From: an uncultured Nitrospiraceae bacterium
Lineage (GTDB): Bacteria > Nitrospirota > Thermodesulfovibrionia > Thermodesulfovibrionales > Dissulfurispiraceae
Length of the DNA: 64,000 nt
NCBI GenBank assembly: GCA_963727805.1
Contig: CAVSHF010000003.1
Coordinates: 1,792,001 to 1,856,000, forward strand
Reading direction: 5' to 3'
Shown here: positions 10,661 to 21,100 of the stretch, piece after piece
Layout of the letters: each line of letters begins with the position of its first letter
Position numbering within the stretch: the first letter of the stretch is position 1
The notes under the pieces: generated by a model
The model's database searches: none
The model's input: the letters and a program-made list of their open reading frames with translations, nothing else
Told to the model about the DNA's origin: nothing
Program-made: the position numbers and the translations under genes

Positions 10661-11530
10661 ATGCATGACATAACGGAATATCTATTCAAAACAAACGCGA
10701 TTAAAGTCGCCGATTCAAAAACTCCCTTCTGGTATACGTCAGGTTTAATCGGTCCCTTTTACATCAACACGCATTACCTCGCAGGAGGAGAAGCAACCGC
10801 CCTCGAACTCTTAGAATTGATAACTTCGCACCCCGACAGCATCTCTGCTTACAGCAAGCACATTAGTGCCATTCATGCGAAGGTCAAAGAAATCTACGAA
10901 ACACATCCCATATTTAGAGACACAGTGCGGAAGACTGTTGACTTAATAAAAACCCATATAGACGTGTCAAGAATCGATTTCGTCAGCGGTGGCGAACGCC
11001 GTGACTGGTTTTTCCATTCCATCGTTGCCGAGAGACTTAATAAACCTTCATTGTTCATCCACAAAGACTCATCTGTATGGGTAAAAGAAGATGATGATAT
11101 TGGGCAAGTAGACTGGATAGAAGGTGCAAATGCGCTGCATGTTGCTGACCTTGTCACTATTGCAAGCAGTTATGTAAAGGTGTGGATTCCCGCCATCAAA
11201 CAGTTGGGCGGCACTATCACTCATGCTCTCAACATCGTTGATCGGTTGCAAGGGGCCGATAAAGTGCTAAAAGGGTATGGGATAGCAACCCTGTCCGTGG
11301 CACAGATCGATGCCGAGCTGTTCCATACAGCTTCACAAAGGGGGTATATCACAAGAGCACAACATGGGATGATTGTGGACTATATTCGTGACCCATTCAC
11401 CACTATGAAAAAGTTCCTTCTGGAAAATCCCGAGTTCTTAAAAGACTCACTTGCATCGGATGATGATAGAATTGCGGCAAGGGCGAGACTGTGCGTGAGC
11501 GAAGATTTATATAAATTGAAGGTAATCTGA
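10661..11530 (+). CDS. Divergent orotate phosphoribosyltransferase-like protein
   Basis: PFWYTSGLIGPFYIN resembles PyrE N-terminus; SGGERRDWFF; degenerate PRPP loop LHVADLVTIASS; IVDRLQG. Confidence 0.65.
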   Translation: MHDITEYLFKTNAIKVADSKTPFWYTSGLIGPFYINTHYLAGGEATALELLELITSHPDSISAYSKHISAIHAKVKEIYETHPIFRDTVRKTVDLIKTHIDVSRIDFVSGGERRDWFFHSIVAERLNKPSLFIHKDSSVWVKEDDDIGQVDWIEGANALHVADLVTIASSYVKVWIPAIKQLGGTITHALNIVDRLQGADKVLKGYGIATLSVAQIDAELFHTASQRGYITRAQHGMIVDYIRDPFTTMKKFLLENPEFLKDSLASDDDRIAARARLCVSEDLYKLKVI

Positions 11531-11804
11531 GGGGTATTATTCTTCTTCTCTATCCCTCACGGATTCCTGCGGATATTAATCGTAAATGCGCAGTTATTAA
11601 TCAACCTGCTTTTTCAGACTTGTCGGCGAACCAGATCGAAATACTGTGCTGCCTGCGGCGGTGTAGCATGTGACCCGATGACTATTCAGGCAATACTGGA
11701 TTTCATCATAGATTGCTTACCTACATGTTTAACAATACACTGTCCTCATACAGGAATTATTGACAAGTAATTGACGATGTATTTGTGTAACTTCATAGCG
11801 ACTG

Positions 11805-12698
11805 ATGATAAAAACACAAAATATAATCTGGCCGATGCATCACCTCTTCATTTTTTTATTAAAGGTCTTACGCGATTTCAAGCGCAATCAGGGCCTCCTC
11901 TTATCAGGCGCAGTTGCCTATTATACCCTGTTATCAATTGTTCCCATGTCAATCCTTGCCCTTATTGTCCTACCTCATTTTATAGGAGAAGAGCAGTTGG
12001 TCCAGACCTTATCAACATATCTCGGAATGGTTATACCAGGCTATGCTTCAACTCTGACTGAGCAGGCACGAATATTTCTTGAGCATCGCCAGGTAATAGG
12101 TCTCATTGGGTTCTTCGTTATGTTATTCTTCAGTTCTATAGCCTTTACTGTGCTTGAAAACGCTATGTCGGTAATTTTCTTTCACCGCGTCAAAATTCAG
12201 CATCGTCACTTTTTGATATCTGCTATCATTCCGTATGTTTATATTTTTCTAATGGCTCTGGGTATAGTGCTAGTGTCATTTATTGCAGGAGCAATAGAAA
12301 CTCTTGAAAAAAGACAATTGATATTTTGGGGCTGGAGATTGAGCCTTGAGGGCACTTCAATGGTCACACTTTATCTTTTTGGAATCATTGGGGAGGTGTT
12401 TATGCTGACCTCCATATATTTGGTTATGCCTGTGGCACGTATTACCTTTCGTCACGCACTTATCGGTGGCATGACCGCAACTGTTTTATGGGAGATTACC
12501 CGCCGCTTGCTGGTTTGGTATTACTCAGTTCTCTCTATGGTCAATTTAATTTATGGTTCCTTTGCTACGGCGGTTGTGGCTCTCCTCAGTATAGAAGTTG
12601 CGGCAGTAATTCTTTTATTTGGTGCTCAGGTTATTGCAGAACTTGAACGCAGAACTTACGAGTTTAACAAGAAGGAATTACATGGATTTGAGACCTAA
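11805..12698 (+). CDS. YihY/BrkB family membrane protein
   Basis: LLSGAVAYYTLLSIVP, about 6 TM segments, NLIYGSFA, ILLFGAQV. Confidence 0.88.
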   Translation: MIKTQNIIWPMHHLFIFLLKVLRDFKRNQGLLLSGAVAYYTLLSIVPMSILALIVLPHFIGEEQLVQTLSTYLGMVIPGYASTLTEQARIFLEHRQVIGLIGFFVMLFFSSIAFTVLENAMSVIFFHRVKIQHRHFLISAIIPYVYIFLMALGIVLVSFIAGAIETLEKRQLIFWGWRLSLEGTSMVTLYLFGIIGEVFMLTSIYLVMPVARITFRHALIGGMTATVLWEITRRLLVWYYSVLSMVNLIYGSFATAVVALLSIEVAAVILLFGAQVIAELERRTYEFNKKELHGFET

Positions 12699-12957
12699 TG
12701 CTAAACAGAGGTGCTATTTCACGCGTACTTTTTTCAGTAGTGATTTATCATATTCTGGGGACCGCTATCCGCGCGCTTCCTGCGCCACACAGCTCTAGGG
12801 CATGCTACAATGGTACGGCTCTTAATTTGTAATCGGTGTGTTCATTCGACCGAAGTGACAAAGTGTACATAGCAGGCACAAAATTGACCTCCTCATTCCC
12901 AAGCTCAACGGATAGCCTATTCAGATCAGACTCATGCCATTCTGCTATAACGGACTT

Positions 12958-14070
12958 TCAGCGGATTGAGCAGTATCCCCCTGGGACTCCCTTTGGGGAG
13001 AGTACGATCTGATAGACCTGCAGACAGCGAGAACGAAATGTCCCTGCATCGCTCAAAAGATAGTATTTCCACATACGATAGAACCGATCATCATATTGAT
13101 ATTTCAATGCCTCCCAGCTCCTGTCAAAATTGTTGAACCATGATGTCAATGTAGCATCGTAATAATAGCCAAAATTATGCCAGTCCTCTATGACAAATAG
13201 TTTTTCGATTGCTGTGCTAATCTGATTCGGAGATGGGATGAGCGAGTTGGGAAAGATATATTTTTCAAACCAGGGCTCCATGGTCACTTTCGTGTACACT
13301 TCTCCGATGGTATGGAGTAGAAAAAGTCCGTCGTCGTTCAGGCATTTATGGACGGTCTCCATAAAGGTTCTGTAATTCTTGTGTCCCACATGTTCGAACA
13401 TCCCGACAGAGACAATATGATCAAACTTTTCATCAAGGTCCCGGTAGTCCTGAAGCCTGATCTCAATGGGTAACCCTTCACACAGCTCTCTGGCAAGTAT
13501 CACCTGGTTTTTAGATATGGTTATGCCAACCGCTTCGACCCCATATCTTTCAGCTGCATATTTTATGAAACTTCCCCATCCGCAACCGATGTCAAGGATT
13601 CTGTCGCCAGGTTGTAGGTCGAGTTTCTGGCATATCAGCCCCAGTTTTGCTTCCTGAGAATCGTCAAGATTATCTACATCTTTCCAGTAGCCGCAGCTAT
13701 AGGTCATCCTCTTATCGAGCATTTTCTTATAAAGCTCGTTTCCAATGTCATAATGCCTTTCTCCCACCTGAAAAGCCCTCGCCTTGGTGTTCACATTACA
13801 TATTGCAGCCCGAAGTAGCATTCTCCAATTCTTTCTAACTTTATCTTCAGCATTAGAGCACATAAGTCTATAAATAAATTGATCAAGACTTGCACATTCC
13901 CACCATCCATCCATGTATGATTCTCCAAGACCCAAGCTACCGTCAGCAGCGACCCGATTATAGAAGCGATCGTCTATGACCTGGATGTCGAAAGGCTTGG
14001 CTCCATTAATAGTGATCCCGGCAGCGGAGAAGATTTCTCCGATAGAATATTTCAGTACAGAAGTGCCCAT
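12958..14070 (-). CDS. cfa: Cyclopropane-fatty-acyl-phospholipid synthase
   Basis: GSLGLGESYMDGWW, HYDIGN, MTYSCGYW, SAM motif LDIGCGWG, SVGMFEHVG, FYRMWKYYL; start 14070 or 14133. Confidence 0.95.
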   Translation of the reverse strand: MGTSVLKYSIGEIFSAAGITINGAKPFDIQVIDDRFYNRVAADGSLGLGESYMDGWWECASLDQFIYRLMCSNAEDKVRKNWRMLLRAAICNVNTKARAFQVGERHYDIGNELYKKMLDKRMTYSCGYWKDVDNLDDSQEAKLGLICQKLDLQPGDRILDIGCGWGSFIKYAAERYGVEAVGITISKNQVILARELCEGLPIEIRLQDYRDLDEKFDHIVSVGMFEHVGHKNYRTFMETVHKCLNDDGLFLLHTIGEVYTKVTMEPWFEKYIFPNSLIPSPNQISTAIEKLFVIEDWHNFGYYYDATLTSWFNNFDRSWEALKYQYDDRFYRMWKYYLLSDAGTFRSRCLQVYQIVLSPKGVPGGYCSIR

Positions 14071-14843
14071 TATTCCTGATAATATGGTGTCTGTATATTT
14101 TGGCGATAAACTAATTCCTTGTTCATGCAGCACTCAAACATTCTTCTCTCAAGAGACAATTTAATTGATTGCAACCATTCGCATCAGGTTTCGCTAAGCG
14201 CTCATTGTTTCCATCCACATTTCGGATGGATCTGATAAACTTTGTTTGTCCTGATTGCATAACTTCATGCCTATCTTTTTCGCATTATTTCTATCATCCT
14301 GAATCTTAATGCTTGGGTATCCCCTTCTCGATTGAAGATAGGCAATATATTTACTTGAAGCAGAACGGTACCATTTTTCCGACGTCGGATAACTGGGGCC
14401 GTATTAGGCACTGCTACTTCCTCAATCATATGCTTTTTTCAAATAAGTAAACGGCATCTTAACTTCCCTAATGAGAGATCTGTTTGCGACGGTTTCAACT
14501 ATATCTTTATACTCAGTTCATTATATGTCTTCATGATCTTTTGAAGCATCCGTTATCGTCTGATATTTTTGTAGGATATTGGGATATATTCTATCAGTGT
14601 TTGTCTTACAATAGGGGCCTGCTCGACCCATTTCTCGGGGGACGAGGAGTGAAGGGCATGAGGGTCAAGTTTTTCCATATTATAAACTGTCCCTATTCGA
14701 CGGCAAAGTCTTTCAGACTTACAGTTCAAAGTCGAATCCTTATAAATTATGTTACGAGAGAAAAGTTTACCTGTTTCTCTCTTGCACAGACAGAAAGATA
14801 ACCACCTCAGATCCGCAGTTTTTCAACAAACGTACTTCGTGGC

Positions 14844-15911
14844 TCAAGGGATTAAGGGATAAGTGAGCACCAAATCTTCACCGCTCAGGGCCTCGTTAAG
14901 AAATGTTTTAATTTGCGACTTTTCATCGGCACTAAGTCGCAGAGGCTTCAGCGCGATATTTCCTTCACCGCCTCCGCTGTTAATGAATTCGATCACTTCG
15001 TCGATGGTGGCAAATATTCCGTTGTGCATGTAAGGAGCGGTCTTTGCGATTTCTCTGAGCGTCGGTGTTCTGAATGCCTTCCAGTCTTTTCTATCTTTAG
15101 TGATCAGGTATCTGCCAGGATCCTCATCGAGATTCGCGTAGTCGTCATAATGGTATACCTTTGCAACAAAACGCCTAGTGGCAATAATCCTCGGGTCTTT
15201 CCGGTGTTCGGGATTCTCCGGGACATGCAGCGCATGGAACTTGTCATCTGAGAGATTCACCCCATAATGGCATTCGGTGCACCTGCCCTTGCCGGTGAAT
15301 ATTTCATAACCCTTTTTTGCATCTCCGGACAGGGCTGACTGATCCCCTTTCAGATATCGATCGAGAGGTGCGTTCACTGAAACGAGAGTCCGCTCGAATG
15401 CAGCGATAGCCATGGCAACTCGCTCTCTAGAAACGTCTCCGCCGAAAACCTGTTTGAAGGCGGTAACATATTCAGGAACAACCCTCAGCTTTTCTTCAAG
15501 GTAATCAAGGTTGAGGTTCATTTCGAAGGATGACATTACCGGAAACAGGGCCTGATCCTCAAGAGAGGTGACCCTGCCGTCGTGGAAAAGATTTTTGAAA
15601 AAGGCGATATTGATAAGTGTTGGCGTATTCCTCCAATTCTTCGTGGTCGGATAGCTTAGCGAAATTTCCTGACCATCGGTATAGGCCAAGTCTGGGATAT
15701 GGCAGGTAGCGCAACTCATCGTGCCATCGCCGGAGAGCCTCCTATCGAAGAAGAGTTTCTTGCCGAGGTCCACTTTTTCGGGAGTCTGGGGATTGGCCAA
15801 CGGAATAGGAACGGACTTGAAGGGCTCCAGATGACCGCCATAGGCGTTCATTGCCGAGACTAAAATGTAAAGAACGAGGATGATGCCGCTCCAGCTATTT
15901 CCTCGCCGCAT
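14844..15911 (-). CDS. Exported diheme bCcP/MauG-superfamily protein (atypical)
   Basis: Signal peptide, LGKKLFFDRRLS, hemes CATCH and CTECH, RNTPTL, FRTPTLRE, APYMHNG; GAGGA SD before ATG 15911. Confidence 0.9.
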   Translation of the reverse strand: MRRGNSWSGIILVLYILVSAMNAYGGHLEPFKSVPIPLANPQTPEKVDLGKKLFFDRRLSGDGTMSCATCHIPDLAYTDGQEISLSYPTTKNWRNTPTLINIAFFKNLFHDGRVTSLEDQALFPVMSSFEMNLNLDYLEEKLRVVPEYVTAFKQVFGGDVSRERVAMAIAAFERTLVSVNAPLDRYLKGDQSALSGDAKKGYEIFTGKGRCTECHYGVNLSDDKFHALHVPENPEHRKDPRIIATRRFVAKVYHYDDYANLDEDPGRYLITKDRKDWKAFRTPTLREIAKTAPYMHNGIFATIDEVIEFINSGGGEGNIALKPLRLSADEKSQIKTFLNEALSGEDLVLTYPLIP

Positions 15912-16485
15912 CGAGTTCCTCAATAACAATCTTTTTCAGGTATTCATAGGGGACATCGCCAATGACCCTCCGCCCGTTGATGAAAAAGGTTGGTGTGTTG
16001 TAAAGGTCGAGAGAGAGGGCGAGATTTACGTCTCGCTCTATTATCTTGTCGTTCTTCCGCTTGTCAAGCGATTCTGTGAATTTATCCGCGTTGAGCCCGA
16101 TCTCCTTCGCATAACCGATGAGACTGTCCCGATCAAGCTTTGGTGACTTCTTGAGCAGAAGCCGGTGCATCTCCCAAAACTTCCCCTGGTCTGACGCTGC
16201 CAATGCCGCTTCGGCAGAAATCCGGGCAAAATCGCGGTATTTGTAAGGATAGAACTTTATGACGAGCCGGACCCTGCTTCCGTAATCCTTTGTAATCTTC
16301 TCGACGGCCGGACCGACCGCAACGCAGTGAGGTCATTGATAATCGATAAATTCGACAATCGTGACAGGAGCATTCTGCGGGCCAGCGGACGGAGATCCTT
16401 CAAGTGAGACGTTATAACGCATGGTCTCAGCGGAGGCTATGGGGACAAGCAGTCCTGCAAAAAGAATAATAAATATTTTTTTCAT
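15895..16485 (-). CDS. Secreted DsbA/thioredoxin-fold selenoprotein (UPHC active site), 196 aa
   Basis: Joins track ORFs 16333..16527 and 15895..16203 in one frame through TGA 16333-16335: APVTIVEFIDYQ-U-PHCVAVGP...AAL...QGKFWEMH...YNTPTFFINGR; N-terminal signal peptide; hairpin downstream. Confidence 0.88.
16300..16331 (-). promoter_or_regulatory. Putative bacterial SECIS element of the DsbA-like gene
   Basis: 12 nt after UGA: stem GCGGUCG/CGGCCGU with G-first apical loop GUC. Confidence 0.65.
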
Positions 16486-16578
16486 TTTTCCTCCCCTTAG
16501 CTTCATTATACCCATTAAAACAGACATTTGCAGTTGGAATTAAAGGTGGCTGAAGAAGGCTTTGCCGTCAAGCTCCCC

Positions 16579-16620
16579 CTCCCCCCGCCAGGGGAGAGGG
16601 ATTCCCCTGATGGGGGGGAG
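16579..16620. repeat. GC-rich palindrome (REP-like element or terminator) between fdnI and the DsbA-like gene
   Basis: CTCCCCCC-GC-CAGGGGA-7nt-TCCCCTG-AT-GGGGGGGAG. Confidence 0.6.
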
Positions 16621-16736
16621 AACGAATTGCCGCGCATGGACAAACAAGGCGTCAGCGTCTCGCATGTCCCGACGCCTCGTCATCTTCATCAAACAGCTTT
16701 TTTACGGCCTTCCACTATTTTCAACGCACAGTTCTT

Positions 16737-17357
16737 TTAATGACTGCGTCCTTCTTCAAGCTCTTTAATCCACTTGGGGTGCTTCTTCTTGGCCCACCAG
16801 TAAGGAATCTTGCCGGTGATCATTATTCGAATGGTCCCCGGATTTCCGAGCGTACTCAGATAGACATGGACCGGGATGAACGCAGTAATAACAATGAAGC
16901 TCACATTGTGGATAAAATGGGACCAGACTAGCGCCGGCTTGTTTTCAGGCATGAGCCATATAATAAAACCGGTGGCAATAATCGCGAATCCGGACACGAG
17001 CAGGGTGAGATAGAAAAACTTCTGTCCCGTGTTCAGTTTGTGCATAGGCGGCACTTTGGCCTTGTGGCTCAGGTATCCTCCGGCAGTCAATATCCAGCCG
17101 ATATCGTCTGAATCGAACGTGAGCGACTCCTTCAGCCAGTTAAACATGCTCAAAACAAGCGATGCGCTGAAGACGACCCCTGCCCAATTATGAATACCCT
17201 TCATCGCCGGGAAACCTCCGAAAGCATTTCCGATGCCCTCTATATGGAACAGAAACCCAAATCCGCTGATAGTCAATACAATGCAGCTAATTGCCAGCGC
17301 CCAATGGTTGACTATACCGAAGGTGCTTTCCTTTCTCACGAGATCACTATTTTGCAT
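16737..17357 (-). CDS. fdnI: Formate dehydrogenase gamma subunit (cytochrome b)
   Basis: 4 TM helices with His ligands (NHW, IHNW, IHN, VHVY), LNTGQK, WAKKKHPKW; start ATG 17357. Confidence 0.9.
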   Translation of the reverse strand: MQNSDLVRKESTFGIVNHWALAISCIVLTISGFGFLFHIEGIGNAFGGFPAMKGIHNWAGVVFSASLVLSMFNWLKESLTFDSDDIGWILTAGGYLSHKAKVPPMHKLNTGQKFFYLTLLVSGFAIIATGFIIWLMPENKPALVWSHFIHNVSFIVITAFIPVHVYLSTLGNPGTIRIMITGKIPYWWAKKKHPKWIKELEEGRSH

Positions 17358-18111
17358 CGTCGTTTCCCTCCTTATCCTTCTTCGGCCCGATCGCCACATA
17401 ATGAAGGAGCATAAGTGCAGCCGTGCCTCCGATCCCGATCCAGGAGAGGGGCTTCAGATACTTGTGCCAGAAGACGACCATTTCTGGGATAGCTGGCTTC
17501 TCATCGAGACCGTAGAGCTTTGGTGCGTCATGAAACGCATACAGCGCGCCGAGACCGCCGAGATCAGCCTGACCGTAAAGTTTGGAATAGCCGGCCTTCT
17601 GGGATTTTGCTATAAGGGCATCCCTGTCGCCATATGAGATGGCCCCCGTGGGACAGGTTTTCGCGCAGGCCGGTGCCATATTGTTTGCGATCCTATCCGC
17701 ACAAAGATTGCACTTTGACACCTTGTCATTCTTGTCATAACGCGGGACGTTGAAGGGGCAGGCAGCGGCGCAGAGCTTGCAGCCGATACACTTGTCTTTG
17801 TTGAACGCAACAGCTCCTTCCTTTGTCTTGTAAAGCGCTCCCGGTGCAGGGCATATCTTCATACAGCCCGCATCATCGCAGTGCATGCAGCGCTGGCTCA
17901 CGAAGAGCCAGCGAACGGGATTTGCCTCCGATGGCACCTCGACAAACCTTATCTTGTTATACAGGTCCGGCGTCAGATCCGCAGGGTTTTCAAAAGTCCC
18001 TCTGTTGACCGTCTTATCCCCGGGCAACTGGTTCCATGATTTGCAGGCAATCTGACAGGCCCTGCAGCCGATACATAACTCCGGAGATATAAGTAAACTC
18101 GCTCTTGCCAT
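17347..18111 (-). CDS. fdnH: Formate dehydrogenase beta (4x[4Fe-4S]) subunit
   Basis: CIGCRACQIAC, CMHCDDAGCMKICP, CIGCKLCAAACP, KCNLC..PACAKTCP; C-terminal TM anchor. Confidence 0.93.
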   Translation of the reverse strand: MARASLLISPELCIGCRACQIACKSWNQLPGDKTVNRGTFENPADLTPDLYNKIRFVEVPSEANPVRWLFVSQRCMHCDDAGCMKICPAPGALYKTKEGAVAFNKDKCIGCKLCAAACPFNVPRYDKNDKVSKCNLCADRIANNMAPACAKTCPTGAISYGDRDALIAKSQKAGYSKLYGQADLGGLGALYAFHDAPKLYGLDEKPAIPEMVVFWHKYLKPLSWIGIGGTAALMLLHYVAIGPKKDKEGNDDAK

Positions 18112-18115
18112 GGTA

Positions 18116-21100
18116 TTACCCCCTCGCCTTCTCGATGTTGACCATGAAGGCCTTCGATTCGGGTATCATCGTATTCGGATCGCCGATGGTCGGCGTGAGG
18201 AGGTTGGCACTCTCGCCTCCGCTGCCATCCACCGGGAACTGCCATCCGAAATGCCATGGCATGCCTACCTGGTGGATAGTCGTATCCATTACCTTGAATG
18301 GCTGGAACCTGTCGGTGACTATCGCGATGGCCCAAAGGCTTCCTCGGGCGGATGAAACGGTCACCTTCTCACCGTTTTTGAAGCCCTTTTCTTTCGCCAA
18401 TTCATTGCTCATCTCCACAAACATCTGCGGCTGGGCTTCGAGCAGCCACGGAACATGGCGCGTCATGACACCGGTCTGCCAATGCTCGGTTACGCGATAC
18501 GTTGTACAGACAAAAGGATATCTGGTGTCGCACGAGTAGAAGATATCCTCCTCAAGGCTGCCCTCCTTGCCGAAAAAGAGCTTCACCGTCGGATTTATCC
18601 TATGCTTCTTGGACATAGGATTCTCCTGGAGCGGGCATTCCAGCGGTTCGTAATGTTCCGGGAACGGACCATCCGCTAGGCCGGGACCAAAAATCGACCC
18701 CACTCCATCGGGCTTCATGATAAAGGGCAGTTTGCCTCCCTTCTCATCGGCCATAGGAGGGGCGGGCCCGTCAGGGACATCCCCCTCCCAAACGCCCGGC
18801 TTCTTGGTCTGGGGGTTTTCTTTTGTTGGGTTCCATTTCAGGACCGCGCGTTTAGGGTCCCACGGATTGCCATAAAGGTCGACCGAGGCCCTATTGTATA
18901 TAATCCTCCTGTTGACCGGCCAACTCCATGCCCAGTTTGAAAAGAGTCCGAGACCTGTCGGGTCTTCCCTGCCCCTGCGCGCCATCATGTTCATGATCTT
19001 GTCGTCCTTCTGGGTGTAACTGCCGCAGAAGAGCCAGTTGCCGCTGGAGGTGGAGCCATCGTCCTGGAGGCTCACAAAATTGGTCACCAGGTCTCCCTTC
19101 TTTCCGATCAGTTTCGGCGGGGTCGCTTTCTTGTCGTACACATCCTCCAGATAGTAACCGTTGATCTCTTTGGCGACAGTATGGATATCGACATGCTTGA
19201 CCTTGCCTTCCGCATTCTTCTCTCCATAGTTCCAGGAGAGGTTTACGATCGGCGCCGGGAATTTGCCACCCTCTTTTTGATAGAGCCCTTTCACCCTGAA
19301 ATAAAGCTCATTCATGATCTCCGCATCGGGCAGCGACTTTCCGATGGGCTCTATCGCCTTATACCTCCACTGTCCAAGACGCCCCGAGTTGGTAATGCTG
19401 CCTTCCTTTTCGACAGAAGAGCAGCATGGCAGCATGAAAACCTCTGTCTGGATAGACTTTGGGTCCATGCCCGGCCCTTTCCAGAATGAGCCGGTCTCAT
19501 TATCATAAAGGTTAACATTGACCATCCATTTAAGCTTGGTCATCGCCTTTCTCACCTTGTTGGCATTGGCGCCCGAACAGGCTGGGTTCTGGCCCCAGGC
19601 GAAGAAACCTTCGAACTTGCCCTTGAACATCTGGTCGAACAGATTGAGCCACGAGGCATTCATGCCCTCGTCGAGTTTCGGCATCCAGTTATAGCCGAAG
19701 TCGTTCTCCTGCTTTGCCTTGTCTCCATATATCGCTTTCAGATAACTCGCGATATACTTCGGCCTGTTGCCCCACCAGTTGACGCTCCTGGGGTCTTTCG
19801 TCTTGGCAGTAAACTTATCATTATAAGCCTTGAGGTCGACGACGGTTGCGGTCGGCACCGGGTTGTAGCCCGGCCATATGTGGAAGAGAAGACCGTGGTC
19901 AGTCGATCCTTGCACATTCGACTCTCCCCTTAATGCATTGATACCACCTCCCGGCATGCCGATGTTGCCGAGAAGGAACTGGATTATCGAAAAGGAGCGG
20001 ATGTTCTGTACGCCGACGGTATGCTGGGTCCATCCCATGGCGTAACAAACAGTGGCTGTCCTGTCCGGTTTGCCGGTCGAACCGATAGCCTTATAGACCG
20101 CTTCGATCTTTTCTTTCGGCGAACCGACGATACTTGAAACCTTGTCGAGAGTATATCGGGCATACTGTTTCCTCAGCAGCTGGAAGACGCAGTTCGGGTC
20201 CTTGAGAGATGGGTCCTTCTTCGGAAGTCCCTTCTCATCCATTTGGAAAGACCAGGTCTTCTTGTCGTACTTGCGGGTCTTTTCATCGTAGCCCGAGAAT
20301 ACGCCGTCGAGCTGCGACGAGGTCTTGAAGTCGGGATTGACCAGGAACGCGGCGTTTGTGTAATTGACGACGTATTCCCGGAAGTAAAGATTGTGATCGA
20401 TGATGTATTTGATCATGCCGCCCAAGAACGCTATGTCCGTTCCGGAACGGATCGGCGAGTAAATGTCAGCCTTTGCCGCTGTCTGGGTGAAACGGGGATC
20501 AACCACGACCAGCTTGCCACCGTTCTCCCGCGCCTTCACGATCCACTTCATTGAGACTGGATGGTTCGAGGCCGGGTTCGCTCCCATGACCAATACTACA
20601 TCGGAGTTACGAAGATCCACCCAGTGATTTGTCATTGCACCTCGTCCGAACGACTCTGCCAGAGCCGCTACAGTTGCAGAGTGTCATATGCGGGCCTGAT
20701 GCTCTATATAGACCAGCCCCCAGGAACGGACAAGCTTCTGCATGAGATAGCATTCCTCGTTATCCATTGCCGCGCTTCCAACATGGGCGATGCCGTCTGT
20801 CCTGTTGACTACGAACTCTTTTTCCACATCGACTTCGGTACCATCAGGCGTCTTCTCCTTGATCTTCGATTTGGAGGTTACCTTGAATGTCCTATCGCGA
20901 GTATCTTTGACCTTTCGGGCAATCTGGTCAAGCGCCCATTCCCATTCAACCTCTTTCCACTCCAGCGCACCCGGCGCCCTATAAAGTGGTTTGGTAAGCC
21001 TCGTCGGGTTATTGGCCATTTGGAACAGCGATGCACCTTTAGGGCAGAGAGTGCCCTCGTTGATGGGACTGTCGGGATCGCCTTCGGTGTTGACAACTTT

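Noticed and set aside
14844..14846. TGA stop of the diheme protein as another Sec codon
   Set aside because: The domain is complete, there is no redox motif, and another TGA follows within 7 codons
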